Below, piece after piece: positions 25,861-39,100 of a stretch of 64,000 nt of DNA (positions are counted from its first letter, which is position 1; each line of letters opens with the position of its first letter). This DNA comes from Octopus sinensis (Eukaryota). The DNA lies in the NCBI RefSeq assembly GCF_006345805.1, contig NC_043009.1, forward strand, positions 21,018,001-21,082,000, written 5' to 3'. Made by a program: the position numbers and the translations under genes. The notes under the pieces are model-generated. The model searched no databases, had not been told where the DNA came from, and saw nothing but the letters and a program-made list of their open reading frames with translations.

Positions 25861-27206
25861 ACCCCATCACTTTCTCTCTCTCTCTCTTTGTCACTCACAC
25901 ACACTTCATATACACGTTCATCAGACATCTTTCACTTTAAAACAAAAGTAAAATTAACTTTTTGACAGAAATTAACAAACAAAACCAGCTGGTTCAAATG
26001 TCAGTTCTGCAAGTCAAAACGAAGGATGACATGAAAATTTATGTTTGTTTAAGAGTTAACAGTATTTTCTTCCTTTTTGTCAAAAATAGTTTTAAAATTG
26101 AGATTCTTATTTTCAAAAACTGTTCGAAGACCTTTCCAAAATTACTGGAAGTCATATTGTTATGCACAGAAATATTTACCAAATAAATATACAAAAATGT
26201 TCAGCTACAAACCTTATATTTTTCCATGTCGAGGTTAGAATAATTGTTCAATGCTTTTAATCTTTGGCCGCTTTTTTAAACGAAATCATTTCAGGGAAAA
26301 TGTCCATCAAGTTGCCGATAAATTGGAGAAAACAAACTTTACTGCAGTAAACCGTTTTCTTAAGATTTCGTAAAAATGAAACTGAATAAATCACAAAATT
26401 TTCAACAATTAACCCCACATTTTTAGAGAGTAAAAAGTTTTAATAATCAAATAAAAATAATCCGAAAATCAGGAAATAAAAATACACGAGAGATTTAATT
26501 GCAACCGAGTTCGAATCGCACCATGGCATTTTACCATTTCTTGCTTGTCTGGGATCGATATAATTGATTTGTGGTTTTTGTGCCTGCTGAAAACGGTTCG
26601 ACAGGATTCAGGGACAAAATACTTTGTGGCATTAATAATATCGTGGTGTTCGAATCTCCGGTTTTGCAGAGTCGATAAATACCTGCCAAATCCTAAATTC
26701 GATTTCACCTCCTTCTCTTGTCCTTCCATTCATACCCTCGTTGCCAAACAGGAATTATTAAAACGATACCTGACCGTCGTCTCCTTTCCCGACTGAGACC
26801 TGTGTCTCTTATTTTCCACAAGTCAATAGTTTCCCCAGACACTGGAGCATTTTAAAATATTTACATAAATGAATTATTTTTATATATAAACATTGGAAAT
26901 TGTTAACAAGTCAAACATTTAAAAGTTTAATCAACAAAGTAGTCTCAAATCTATTTAATGTGTCTATGTTTACCTGATTTAAAATTAATAACAAAAAATT
27001 ATTGCCATCACTGACCTGCATATATCGTCGCACACACAGACACTTGTTGTTAGCGACCAGCTGTTAGCAACAACTAAAAAAGAGAAAGCTTTCTTGCGCT
27101 GTTTCACCACCTTTTCAACCCTCATCACAAACACATTCACACACACACAAGGGTGAAGATGTTGACTCTGCTGAATTGCTGGGGAACCTTCTTCTGTGTG
27201 TGGTTT

Positions 27207-28427
27207 GGTGAAATTTTGGGGCTAATGCAGTTTCGCACCTCTCCTTGAAAAATGCATTTCTTTTGAAAACGAGCGGAAGGCTTTCCTTGAAAAGTCTTCT
27301 TTTTTTTTTTTTTCAAATCCCGGTACTACGACACATTCTACCAGTATACGAAGTTTCAAATTTTTTAGTTAACTAGAAAATTCCGTCCATCAAAAAGAAA
27401 AGATCCGTGGTCCTGGTGCGCGCACTCGTTGGTCGTAAGTAATCGATCCTACAACGACTTTTTAACCCAAATCCTAACCACTGTTCGCTAGTAGTAGCGA
27501 AAATTAAATAATATTTTTCGAACAAAGTAAATAAAATCCAAAGTAAATGATTTTTTAAACTAACTAAATAAATTATTTTTATAAACAAGCTAAGGTTAGG
27601 GTTAGGGTTAGGGTTAAAAAGTCGTTGTAGGATCGACTACTTACAACTAGCTAGCGCAGATGCACGAGTGCGCGCACCGGCACCACTGTTTCACTAGTGG
27701 TACACAAATCCTTACGTTTCGGATGTCGGAGATTACGAAAATACATTAAAAAAACTTTTACCACACCCCCTCCCCCCATTAAAAATTTAAAACTTTTTTC
27801 GAAATTTTTCCCTCCTTATGTTTTAGATGACGGAAATTCTGGATAAGCAAGAAACCACGTTTTAAAACTTTTAAATTCAATAAGCATACAGATAGATGTA
27901 TAAAGAGATAGATATGAATGTCTTCTTGGGGCTAAAAATAACAGTAACACCATCTTCTACAAAGCCACCACATTTTGTAGACAAATATATTTTAGGAACA
28001 AACGGAAATGGATAAATAGATAGACAGATGAATAAATAAATGGATGAAAAGTTCAAAATTTAAAATTGGGGAGGGGTGAGATTTGAGCCCCTTCATAAAC
28101 TTTATGACATTAATTAAATATTGTTTGTTTCTCATAAAATGGTGTGTTTACATAAAATTATTATTTACGATTATTTAAGGCAAACAAAAATAAAACGCAA
28201 ATTCGTTTCACTTTAATGTTTTTGTCTGTATTTAATTTCGATCTCTTTAAAGTAAACAAAATTAAAAATCTGAAGGTGGGGGGTGAAATTGAAAAAAAAT
28301 TATTTTTTTTGCATATTCATAATCTCCGACATCTAAAACGTAGGAATTCGAAAAATGTTCTTAAAAAATAAAAAAATGCATTTTTCAAGGAGAGGTGCGA
28401 AACTGCATTAGCCCCGAAATTTTGACC
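27207..28427. mobile_element. Foldback/non-autonomous DNA transposon with an inserted MITE
   Basis: TIR ggtgaaattttggggctaatgcagtttcgcacctctccttgaaaaatgcattt versus 28373-28427; second arm segment 27712-27780 versus 28270-28345. Confidence 0.75.
27405..27688. mobile_element. MITE containing (TTAGGG)n repeats
   Basis: TIR ggtgcgcgcactcgt/acgagtgcgcgcacc; inner arms gtaatcgatcctacaacgactttttaacc; GGTTAGGGTTAGGGTTAGGGTTA at 27594-27615. Confidence 0.75.
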
Positions 28428-28643
28428 TTTAACTGTTGTGTGGCTAGATGCCTCTTAGAGACAAACTCAAATTTACCTAGGGATATCGTGGCTGTTTCAT
28501 TATCAGAAACCTTTCAGACAAGCAAAGCCTACAGCGATGCAATCTGCTCGGGTATGGAGTAGCTTTGTTCATAATATGCAAAGTTATTGCTTTGTGTAGT
28601 TGTAGATTTGTATGTATACAAGTGTGTGTGTGGCTGTCTAACA

Positions 28644-29600
28644 CAGGGATTGGAAACTTTTTGGCGCATGAAGGCCATCCTACAATTCATCATCCCTCAT
28701 AGAGGCCACATTGAACAAATTATATTTCTTTTTTTTAGTTATTTCATCCCTGAAGTAATTTATTAGTAATTTAATAAAAGACTGGTGTGTAGAAATCGAA
28801 ATCATGACTTTTCAAATATTTTATTTAAGTACTTTTATACAAATAAAATGAAGTATATTGAAGAAAAGCAGGAAATTAGTTGGCGTGCATGTTCATGAAA
28901 ACGAGGATATTTCACTGCATTTTTCCAAATTTTGATGTGATTTCCCCTCTTGTCAAACAGAGATTTCAGGATATTATCTTCAGACGTTTCAATAAACTCC
29001 ATGTGTAACTCTTTGGGAGCCTCTGAGACATTAAGTGAGGCTGAAAAGCAAGTTTCAGTGTTATGTTTTTCAAAATCATGGAATCTTTTATTATGTTTTT
29101 CTATTAATGAGTCTAAACTAATTTGTATTCTTCAAAAAATTCATAGATATCTTCTTCATTTTCACTTCGTAAGCTGAGGAAAGTGTTCTGAAAGTTTTGA
29201 TTGAGCCAAAAGGAAGTTGAAAAAATGACAATGTTTTCTAAATGCCCAAATTTTTTGCCACATATCATAAATACATTTATTTTTGCCTTGCAACAAAATG
29301 TTTAACTCATTTTGTTTTGACATTGCATCACATAAAAATGCAATATCTCTGTTACAATTTGTATCTGATAAATCACAATGTTATTTTCTTTGAATAAGTC
29401 AATTATTTGCCTTCGTAAAGACAAAATTTTGATCACTACTTTTTCTTGCGACAACCAGTGCATCTCCATCTGTAAAAATGACTTATTGATGAGCACTGTT
29501 GTTTATATCCTCCCTGATGAGAGTGATGTATTTTTCCACATTATTCTTCTTCTTGCATTTATATTAATGCATATATTGAAACATATGTCGGTGATATGGT
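28644..29600 (-). mobile_element. hAT (Charlie/Buster-like) transposase relic with one terminus
   Basis: HWLSQEKV (RWLSRGKV-like), DIAFLCD...NELNILLQG, dimerisation-like WKNAVKYP; terminus CAGGGATTGGAAACTTTTT. Confidence 0.8.
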
Positions 29601-29787
29601 GATATAAATTATTTAAATAACATCTTGAGCGTTTGTCTCCATTTTCCTTTATTCTTATGTTCTCTAAAACACGTCTCACTTCTCAGAATTAACTCTCATG
29701 CAAGTGTCATTACTAATTTCTTAGGCGCTTATGTGACATTTGGCTACTTTGTAACTGTTCCTCTGGGTATTTCCTTGTATATTGAAC

Positions 29788-29867
<80 letters not shown>

Positions 29868-29869
<2 letters not shown>

Positions 29870-32800
29870 TCCTCCTCATCATCATCGTTTAGCATCTGCT
29901 TTCCATGCTAACATGGGTTGGACGGTTCAACTGGGGTCTGGGAAGCCAGAAGGCTGCACCAGACCCAGTCTGATCTGGCAATGTTTCTACGGCTGGATGC
30001 CCTTCCTAACGCCAACCACTCCGTGAGTGTAGTGGGTGCTTTTTATGTGCCAGACGAGGCTGGCAAACGGCCACGATTGGATGGTGCTTTTTACGTGCCA
30101 CAGGCACGGAGGCCAGTCAGGGCGGCGCTGGCAACGGCCATGTTCGGATGGTCCTCTTACGTGCCACCGGCACTGGTATCACAGCTACAATTTCCATTGA
30201 TGTTGATCGATTTCGATTTTGATTTTCACTTGCCTCAACAGGTCTTCGCAAGTAGAGTTTTGTGTCCCAAGAAGCAAAGGTATGCATAAGTGGACTGGCT
30301 ACATCCCAGGTAGAGGCCACGGGTTATGGTCTCACTTGTTCTGCCAGGTCTTCTCATGTACAGCGTACTTCCAAGGATCTCGGTCTCTAGTCATTTCCTC
30401 GGTGAGACCTAAAGTCCGAAGGTCGTGCTTCACCACCTCGTCCCAGGTTTTCCTGGGTCTACCTCTTCCACAAGTTCCCTCAGTCGCTAGGGTGTGGCAC
30501 TTTTTCACACAACTATCTTCATCCATTCTTGCCACATGACCATACCAGCGCAAACGTCTCTCTTGCACACCACAACTAATGCTTCTTAGGTCCAACTTTT
30601 CTCTTAATGTATTTACATTCTGTCGAGTATGAACACTGACAATACACATCCATCAGAGCATACTGGCTTCATTTCTTGCGAGCTTACACATATCCTCAGC
30701 AGTCACAGCCCATGTTTCACCGCCATGTAGCATGGCTGTTCGTACACATGCGTCATACAGTCTGCCTTTTACTCTGAGCGAGAGGCCTTTTGTCACCAGC
30801 AGAGGTAAGAGCTCCCTGAACTTTGCCCAAGCTATTCTTACTCTAGCAGTTACACTTTCAGCACACCCACCCCTGCTACTGACTTGGTCACCTAGGTAAT
30901 GGAAGCTATCAACTATTTCTAGTTTTTCTCTCTAGAATGTGGCGGAAGTTGGTCTCTGCGCATTTTCAGTGTTTATTGCTCCTGAGCATCTGCCACATAC
31001 AAAAACTATCTTCCTAGTTAGCCTTCCTTTGACATTGCTGCACCTCTTATGTGTCCATAGCTTACACTTGGTGCATCTTATAGAGTTTCTACCTACGCCT
31101 TTTCTACAGATCGAGCAGGGCCATCTACCTGAAGGCGTTTGTGATTTGTCTACTTTCCTACTTATTAGGGCTTTGGTTTTAGCTAGGTTGACTCTAAGGC
31201 CCTTCAATTCTAATCCTTGCTTCCACACCTGAAACTTCTCCTCCAGTTCTGATAGAGACTCAGCAATTAGAGCAAGGTCATCAGCATAGAGGAGCTCCCA
31301 GGGGCATCCTGTTTTGAATTCCTCCGTTATTGCCTGGAGGACTATGATAAATAGGAGGGGGCTGAGGACTGAACCTTGGTGGACCCCTACCTCTTCCCGG
31401 AATTCTTCACTGTACTCATTGCCAACCCTCACCTTACTAGCAGCGTCCCTGTACATGGCTCGCACAGCTCTTCAATCCCTAGTTTCCTCATTGACCACCA
31501 GATAAGGGATCGGGGGACCCTGTCTAAGGCTTTCTCCATGTCAATGAAAGCCAGGTACAGGGGCTTATCTTTGGCTAGGTATTTCTCCTGCAGCTGTCTT
31601 ACCAGGAATATAGCATCAGTGGTACTTTTCCCTGGCATGGCACGACCCCAAACTGCATCTCATCTAAACTAACTCTCTCTCTAATTAGTTGGGCTATGAC
31701 CCTCTCCGTGACTTTCATTACCTGATCCAACAGCTTGATACCTCTGTAATTATTTGTATCTAGGGCGTCACCTTTACCTTTGTAGCAGTTGACTATTACG
31801 CTGCTACACCAGTCATTGGGTATGACTCCTTTGTGTATCACCCGGTTAACTATACAGGTGACTAGGCTATAGCCGACACTACCAGATATCTTGAGCATCT
31901 CTGCTGTAATTCCTGATGGGCCTGGGGCTTTCCCTGTCTTCATGCTTCTAATTGCCTTAACTACCAAGCAACTGTCAACTTGGATAGCTGGTCCCTCTGT
32001 TGGGTCAACTTTCGGCAGACTCTCTTTATCCCATTCATTTTCTTTATTCAGCAACCTTTCATAGTGGCGTCTCCAAACCTCTCTCTTTGCATCCTCATTT
32101 AGCACAAGTGTACCATCATCCATGCAAACACATTTCTTTCCTACTACATCACGATTCTCTCTCACACACTGTCTTGCAAAACGAAATACCTCAAGTCTTT
32201 GGTCCTCACGGTGCAGAAGATTGGCAAATTTTTTCTTATCTGCTTCCCCTCTGGCTAAATAAACCTGTCTCCTAGCTTCTCTTTTCGCAGTCTGATACAA
32301 TTCCCTACTACCACCATTCTTCCAGTCCTTCCAAACCTGTCTCTAATAGCCCTGTCTACAACATTGTTCCACCACCACATTACCCTGGGATGAGATGGGA
32401 CTTTGCTCCATCCACAGATCTGGTCAGTGGCTCTCAGCAGGTTGTCCTGTAGAAACCTCCAGTTGTCTTCTACACTATGTGAATCTATATCCTCATCTAT
32501 TTCGTCAAAGGCTTCGAGTAATATGTCTCTAAATCTCTGTCCATTCGCAAGATCTTTAAGCTTCCAGACCCTTCTTTTCCATGTTGGTCGTCCACTTAGT
32601 CCTGATCCTAAAGTCACTAACTACCAGTCTATGTTGTGGGGTACATTCTTCACCTGGGAAGGTTTTGGCATTTATAAGCAGCCATCTTTCCCTTTTTCTG
32701 GCAAGGGTGTAGTCAATTTGGCTAGTATGTTGGCCAGATCGGTAGGTGACTAGGTGACTGGTAGGTTTCCTGAAGTTATTATTGCAAACCATAAGATCAT

Positions 32801-33385
32801 TTGCATTGCAGAACTCCAGCAGCCTGGTTCCCCCCTCGTAGCGGGAACCATAGCCGTAGCCTCCATGTACGCCATGGAAGCCCCCAGCATGTTGTCCAAC
32901 ATGCCCATTGAAGTCACCAGCCACAAAGAGAAGGTCCCTGTCATTCTTCAACGAGGTAGTCTGCAGAAGGGTGTCATAGAATCGGTCTTTCTGTCCATCA
33001 GGTAGCCCCGGTTGAGGGGCATAGGCTGATATAATGGTTACTAACCCATGGTGAAGCATTAATCTAATCTTAAGTATTCTGTCGCATACTCTGACTACCT
33101 CAATTACCTTATCTACCCATTTTTCAGCAAGAAGTATACCAATGCCTCCGACCCCGTCAGTGTTCTCTGCCCAGAAAATCTTGTACCTGTGTTCTTTGCC
33201 TGTGAGGAACCTTGCAGAACCTCCTCTCCACCTTACTTCTTGGATGCAGCATATATCAACACATCTCCGTTCAAGCATCTCAACAATCTCACTAGACCTA
33301 CCTTTCAGTGTGCTAACCCTGAGTGTGTGGGAGGTATGGGCCCATGAGACCCTGGGATGGTGGGACAGTGGCTTCATGTACCTGA
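29868..33385 (-). mobile_element. Near full-length RTE LINE (APE endonuclease and RT, frameshifted) inserted in (TA)n
   Basis: ORFs 32556-33452 (ICCIQEVRW, GDFNGHVG), 31599-32300, 30932-31465 (GVHQGSVLSP, YADD) and 30332-30649; (GAT)n tail. Confidence 0.95.
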
Positions 33386-33488
33386 AAAGAAAACTATATA
33401 TATATATATATATATATGTGTTAAATAAAATAAGATCACAAGGCCAAGGCAATGTGATTTTTCTAGGACATTTATAAAGAGAAAAGTG

Positions 33489-33535
33489 GTCTTACAGTTG
33501 TTTCTGGGAAATAAATGTTATCCCATCATCAGAGA
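33489..33535 (-). ncRNA. Minimal type I hammerhead ribozyme, canonical core
   Basis: TCT-CTGATGA-TGGGA(loop)TCCCA-GAA-ACAACTGT-A-AGA. Confidence 0.75.
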
Positions 33536-33697
33536 AGAGTTAAGAGAGTTTCAATAGCAGGGATTAATAGAGTTCATGATATAAAAAGTTATTTTGGAAA
33601 GGGAGCGATACAGAAAGTATAAAGGGAAGTATGAAAATAAAATAACTTTTTATATAATGAACTCTACTAATCCCTTCTATCGAAACTCTCTTAACTC

Positions 33698-33745
33698 GTC
33701 TCTGATTATGGATTATCATTTATTTCCCTGAAACAGCTGTAAGAC
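33698..33745 (+). ncRNA. Sister hammerhead copy with G8U change (probably inactive)
   Basis: GTCT-CTGATTA-...-GAA-ACAGCTGT-A-AGAC; palindromic stem III. Confidence 0.6.
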
Positions 33746-33921
33746 CACCTTTCTCTTTATAAATATCATATTGCATTGGCCTTGTTATTTTATTTAACAT
33801 ATACACGCTCACACATGAGCCACCCTAGACTCCTCAGTCATACTATTATTAAACCGGGAGTTTAACAGTGGTCCTTCCATAGCATTACCTGCCTTTTGGT
33901 CTTCTCGATACCAAAACCTCT

Positions 33922-33974
<53 letters not shown>

Positions 33975-34122
33975 GTATATATATATATATATGTATATAT
34001 GTATATATATATATATATAATATATAACGGGAAGCTTTATGAAAATAAACAAAAGACGAAGGCAGGTGGAAAACAAACGAACAATTGTATTAGTATGGCG
34101 CTCAGGAAATATAAATAAAACG

Positions 34123-34160
34123 TCTTTAACGTTTCGAGCCTACGCTCTTCAACAGAAAGA
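34123..34160 (-). ncRNA. Minimal hammerhead variant (CUGUUGA core)
   Basis: TCTTT-CTGTTGA-A-GAG(CGTAGG)CTC-GAA-ACGT-T-AAAGA. Confidence 0.6.
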
Positions 34161-35014
34161 TACACAGAGAGAAAAACACAGAAAGAAGGAGAGAAAAAAA
34201 ATGCGTGCAGTAGCTAACGAATCAACATGGCGATCTGATTTCGGCCAGAGGTCAAAGATCAAACATGAGACGCGAGAGCGAAATAAGGGGAGATAATAGG
34301 GTTGATAAAGGGGTTGAGGGACCAGCTAAAAGTGCGTGGGAGGGGTCTGGATGTGTGTATGTATAGGGTTGGTGTATGTATTAGTATGTATAAGGGTGTG
34401 TGTGTGTGTGTGTGTATGAGAGAGTATTAGTGCGTAGGATTGGTCTGGACGTGCGTATGTATGGGGTTGGTGTATGTATTAGTATGTATTAGTATGTATT
34501 AGTACGTATTGGTATGTATAGGTGTGTGTGTGTGTGTGTGAGAGAGTATAAGTGCGTATGCGGGGTCTGGACGTGTGTATGTATAGGGTTGGTGTAAGTA
34601 TTAGTATGTACTATGTGGAAAGCATGAAATGAATGTAAAAAAAGTGGTAATATAAGAGAAAATAAAAATACAACAAACGGGACAGTTTATGCGAACAAGT
34701 TCAAGGTTGAAAGTTCAAGGTAAGAAATGTGTAGACGTCGTGGTATATTTTTTAAGGATTTCACATCAATGCAAAGTCACTTTGATCCGCGAAAGAGAGG
34801 TGCAGCCGATGGTAAGTATCCAAGAGGTAAAGAAAATCTAAGGTAGAGGTAAGTGTTGATAGTGGTATTGGTAGAATATAGGATGAAAGTGAGACCACGT
34901 GAGCGCATAATATATAACGGGAAGCTTTATGAAAATAAACAAAAGACGAAGGCAGGTGGAAAACAAACGAACAATTGTATTAGTATGGCGCTCAGGAAAT
35001 ATAAATAAAACAAG

Positions 35015-35052
35015 TCTTTAACGTTTCGAGCCTACGCTCTTCAACAGAAAGA
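35015..35052 (-). ncRNA. Second copy of the CUGUUGA hammerhead variant
   Basis: Identical to 34123-34160. Confidence 0.6.
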
Positions 35053-35153
35053 TACACAGAGAGAAAAACACAGAAAGAAGGAGAGAAAAAAAATGCGTGC
35101 AGTAGCTAACGGATCAATATATGTATATATATGTATATATATATATATAATAT

Positions 35154-35411
35154 AATTCGAGACAAAACCACTATTTTGCAAAACAAACAAGGAAAGACTT
35201 AATCAATACATAAAATTTTTTAATATAAACAAATAAACCGCCACTACAATCGTTTCATGTCTTCAATGACATTCGTCAGGTGGATTTTCGATCTCTTAAT
35301 CTGTTTTAATTCATTGTAGTGGTGGTTTATTTCTTTATATTAAAAATTTTTATGTATTGATTAAGTCTTTCCTTGTTTGTTTTGCAAAATAGTGGTTTTG
35401 TCTCGAATTAT
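35154..35411. repeat. Inverted repeat with about 100-bp near-identical arms
   Basis: taattcgagacaaaaccactattttgc...ccactacaat versus attgtagtgg...gtctcgaatta. Confidence 0.9.
35241..35283 (-). ncRNA. Minimal type I hammerhead ribozyme, canonical core
   Basis: CCAC-CTGACGA-ATGTC(ATTGAA)GACAT-GAA-ACGATTGT-A-GTGG. Confidence 0.8.
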
Positions 35412-35459
35412 ATTATATAATATTTTACTATAAAATTTTCCCTGTAAATTTGGATTTAT

Positions 35460-35980
35460 TCCCTAATATTATTATTATATTATATATATATATATATAAT
35501 ATTATATATATATATATAATTATATATATATGTATATATATATATAATATATATATGTATATATATATATAATATATATACGTATATATATATATAATAT
35601 ATATATGTATATATAATATATATATATATGTATTATATATATATGTATATATATATATAATATATATAATATATATATGTAATATATATATAATATATAT
35701 ATGTATGTATATATATATAATATATATATGTATATATATATATAATATATATGTATAATATATATAATATATATGTATGTATATATATATATAATATATA
35801 TGTATATATATATTAATATATATATATATTAATATATATATATATATTATGTATATATATATAATATATATATATATTATATATATAATATAATATATAT
35901 AATATATTAATATATATATATATAATATATAATATTATATATATATATATATATTATATATAATATATATATATAATATA

Positions 35981-36011
<31 letters not shown>

Positions 36012-36080
36012 ATATATATATATGTATATATATTATATATATATATAATATATATATGTATATATATAATATATATATAG

Positions 36081-36118
<38 letters not shown>

Positions 36119-36120
36119 TG
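35460..36120. repeat. Imperfect (TA)n array
   Basis: Direct reading. Confidence 0.95.
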
Positions 36121-39100
36121 TTCGCGATGGGAACTAGGATGGGCCCCAATTTCGCCAATCTCTTTCTTGGCTACATTGAGGCCCAAGTGTTCTCCCAGTT
36201 CTCTGGGCCGACCCCCGAACTATACGGTCGCTATATCGACGACTGCGTAGGTGCCACCTCCCTTTCCCGTGAACTTCTCTGCCAATTCATCTCTTTCCTT
36301 TCCAACTTTCACCCCTCTCTTCAATTCACCTCCACCATCTCCAACACCTCTGTCAACTTCCTTGACATCTCTCTCCGCATCGATCACCCCTCCAGCTCTC
36401 TCACCACCACCGCCTTTTTAAACCTACGGATTCCCACCTCTATCTCAACTTCTCTTCCTCCCACCCCTTCCACACCAAACGAGCCATCCCCTACTCCCAG
36501 TTCCTCCGCCTCCGACGTTTGTGCAGCCGCGACCAGGATTTCGAGACCCAATCTCAATACCTGGCCCGCATGTTCAGACTCCGAGGTTACCCACCCATAC
36601 TCCTCTCTGATGCCCTCACCCGCGCCCGTCGCATCGACCGCACTACCGCCCTGTCTCCTTCCCCCCGCCCACCCCAACCGCATCCCCTTCCCCCCCTCCT
36701 TTTCCACCCCTCTACCCTACCCCTTCGTCGCAAGATACTACGTGCCTTCCGTCGCCTCCAGCTTGATCCCACCACCCGCCCCATTTTCCCTAACCTACCC
36801 CTGTCCTCTTTCAAACGAGCCCGCAATCTGCGTGACCTCCTGGTCCACAGCACCCTCTCTCCTTCCCCCTCAGCCCCACGGGATCATTCCCTTGCTCTAG
36901 ATCCCGCTGCAACACTTGCCCCTTCATCACCAACACCACCGCTGTCACCGGCTCCAACCTGCACACTGTACGCATTAGGCACTCTTTTACGTGCACCTCG
37001 TCTGGCCTTATTTACTGCATTAAATGCAACCTATGCGGGATGCTGTATGTAGGACAGACGGGACGCCGGTTGTCCGACCGTTTCACTGAACACTTGAGGG
37101 ACGTTCGCCTACACTCTCTTTCTCCCGTCGTCACGCGCCACTCCGCTCGGCCGGCCATTCCCTAGATGACATCTCAGTGTTTGGTCTCGCCCCCCACATG
37201 GTCGCCCACTTTCCAGGCTCCACTTGGAGCAACGCTACATCTTCACCCTACAAACTACCACCCCACACGGACTTAACACAGCCCCCTCCTCTTGAGATCG
37301 GTTTTTTTTTTTTTTTTTTGTGGACACACCACCCACACACCCACCACCTACCTCCCACACGCACACACCCACCCACCTACCTCCCACACCCACCCACCCA
37401 CCTACCTCCCACACGCCTGTTCACACACACACATACGTAGACCCATCTACGTACATACATTCACACATTTAATCACACACACTTACAGACATACTAACAC
37501 ACACTAACATACAAACCAACATGCACATACACACACACACACATACATATGCACACACATACATACTTACACACACACACACACACACAGACATACATAC
37601 ACACATACACACACACATACATACGCACATACATACACACACACTCACACACACACACCGCACGTACATACTTCACACACACACATGCAAACATACATGT
37701 AGGCACATACATACATACATACCTACACATGCACACCCTTACACTGAATGCACACACACATACACCTTTTTGCATCCAGGCAGCCCCCCCTCTTTTCTGC
37801 TTTCCGGTTTTGGCTGATGGATCCTCGGTTCCCGCGTAGCGGGGCGTTCGAGGGCCCTTGCGCTCGCGCGCTGGGGGCTTGGTCGGCCCCTTGGGCTTGC
37901 GTTGTACTGCTTGTGCGTTGTGTGCGTGAGCGCGCTTCGTGTGTGTGGGCTTGCTTCGGATGTGCGCGTGCGTATGTATGCATACATACCCACACACTCG
38001 CATGCATCCCTACCCACATACATACACGCACACCTACTCACACACACACATACACACACATACCTGCACACACACACATACATACATACACATACATACC
38101 TACTTCAGACATACACACACACAGACATACACCCATACACTCACACTCACACGCATACACACATGCACATACACACGCACACGTACACATACACACACAC
38201 ACACACCTACATACATACATTACACTTGTATACACACACACTTACATTCATACACACACACACCTACACAGCCATACCCTCACTCAGACACACACATCTA
38301 CCTACACACACACACAAACACACACGGACACACACCCATACATACATACATCTACACACACACGCCTACACACATACATACACACATACATAAACACATA
38401 CACATACACATATACACACATACGCACACACACATATACTTATACACATGCACACACACACACATACATACATACACCCATATACATACACACACACACA
38501 TACCCACATACTCCTATACGCACATACATACACACAGACATACACACATACACACTCACACAAACATACACACACACACTTACACACACACTCACCTGCA
38601 CGCGCACACACATGCATGACAAACACCCATACACTCACACTCACATACCAACATAAACACGCACACGCACACGCACACACACACACCTACACTCCCACAC
38701 ACATACACACGCACCTACATACACACACGCACGCATACACACATACATTACACACGTACACACACACCTACATACACATGCATATACACACACACACAAA
38801 CATGCACGGACACACCCAGACATACACACATACACCTATATACACACGCCCACACACCTACATACACACACATATACACACGCCCACACACCTACATACA
38901 CACACATACATACCACACACAACACGGACACATCCATACATACTTACATACATACACCTATACACACACGCCTACACACCTACATACACACACATGCATA
39001 CACACACACACACATGTACGCACATACACACACATATACGCACATACATATATACCCACACACATGCACACACACACACACATACGCACATGCATGCATG

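Larger units (their letters stand above)
33417..33803. repeat. Inverted repeat with about 165-180-bp diverged arms, each carrying a hammerhead motif
   Basis: 33417-33597 versus 33640-33803 reverse complement. Confidence 0.8.
34017..35117 (-). mobile_element. Non-coding element with about 208-bp direct terminal repeats, each with a hammerhead variant (retrozyme-like/PLE derivative)
   Basis: 34017-34225 nearly identical to 34907-35117; flanked by (TA)n; no sizeable ORF inside. Confidence 0.75.

Noticed and set aside
26469-26796. Overlapping 83-86 aa ORFs in a CpG-retaining region
   Set aside because: No recognisable motif and no consistent splice pair; left unassigned
34017-35117. LTR retrotransposon or CRISPR-like repeat interpretation
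   Set aside because: No TG...CA ends, PBS/PPT or gag-pol; only two repeats; eukaryotic context
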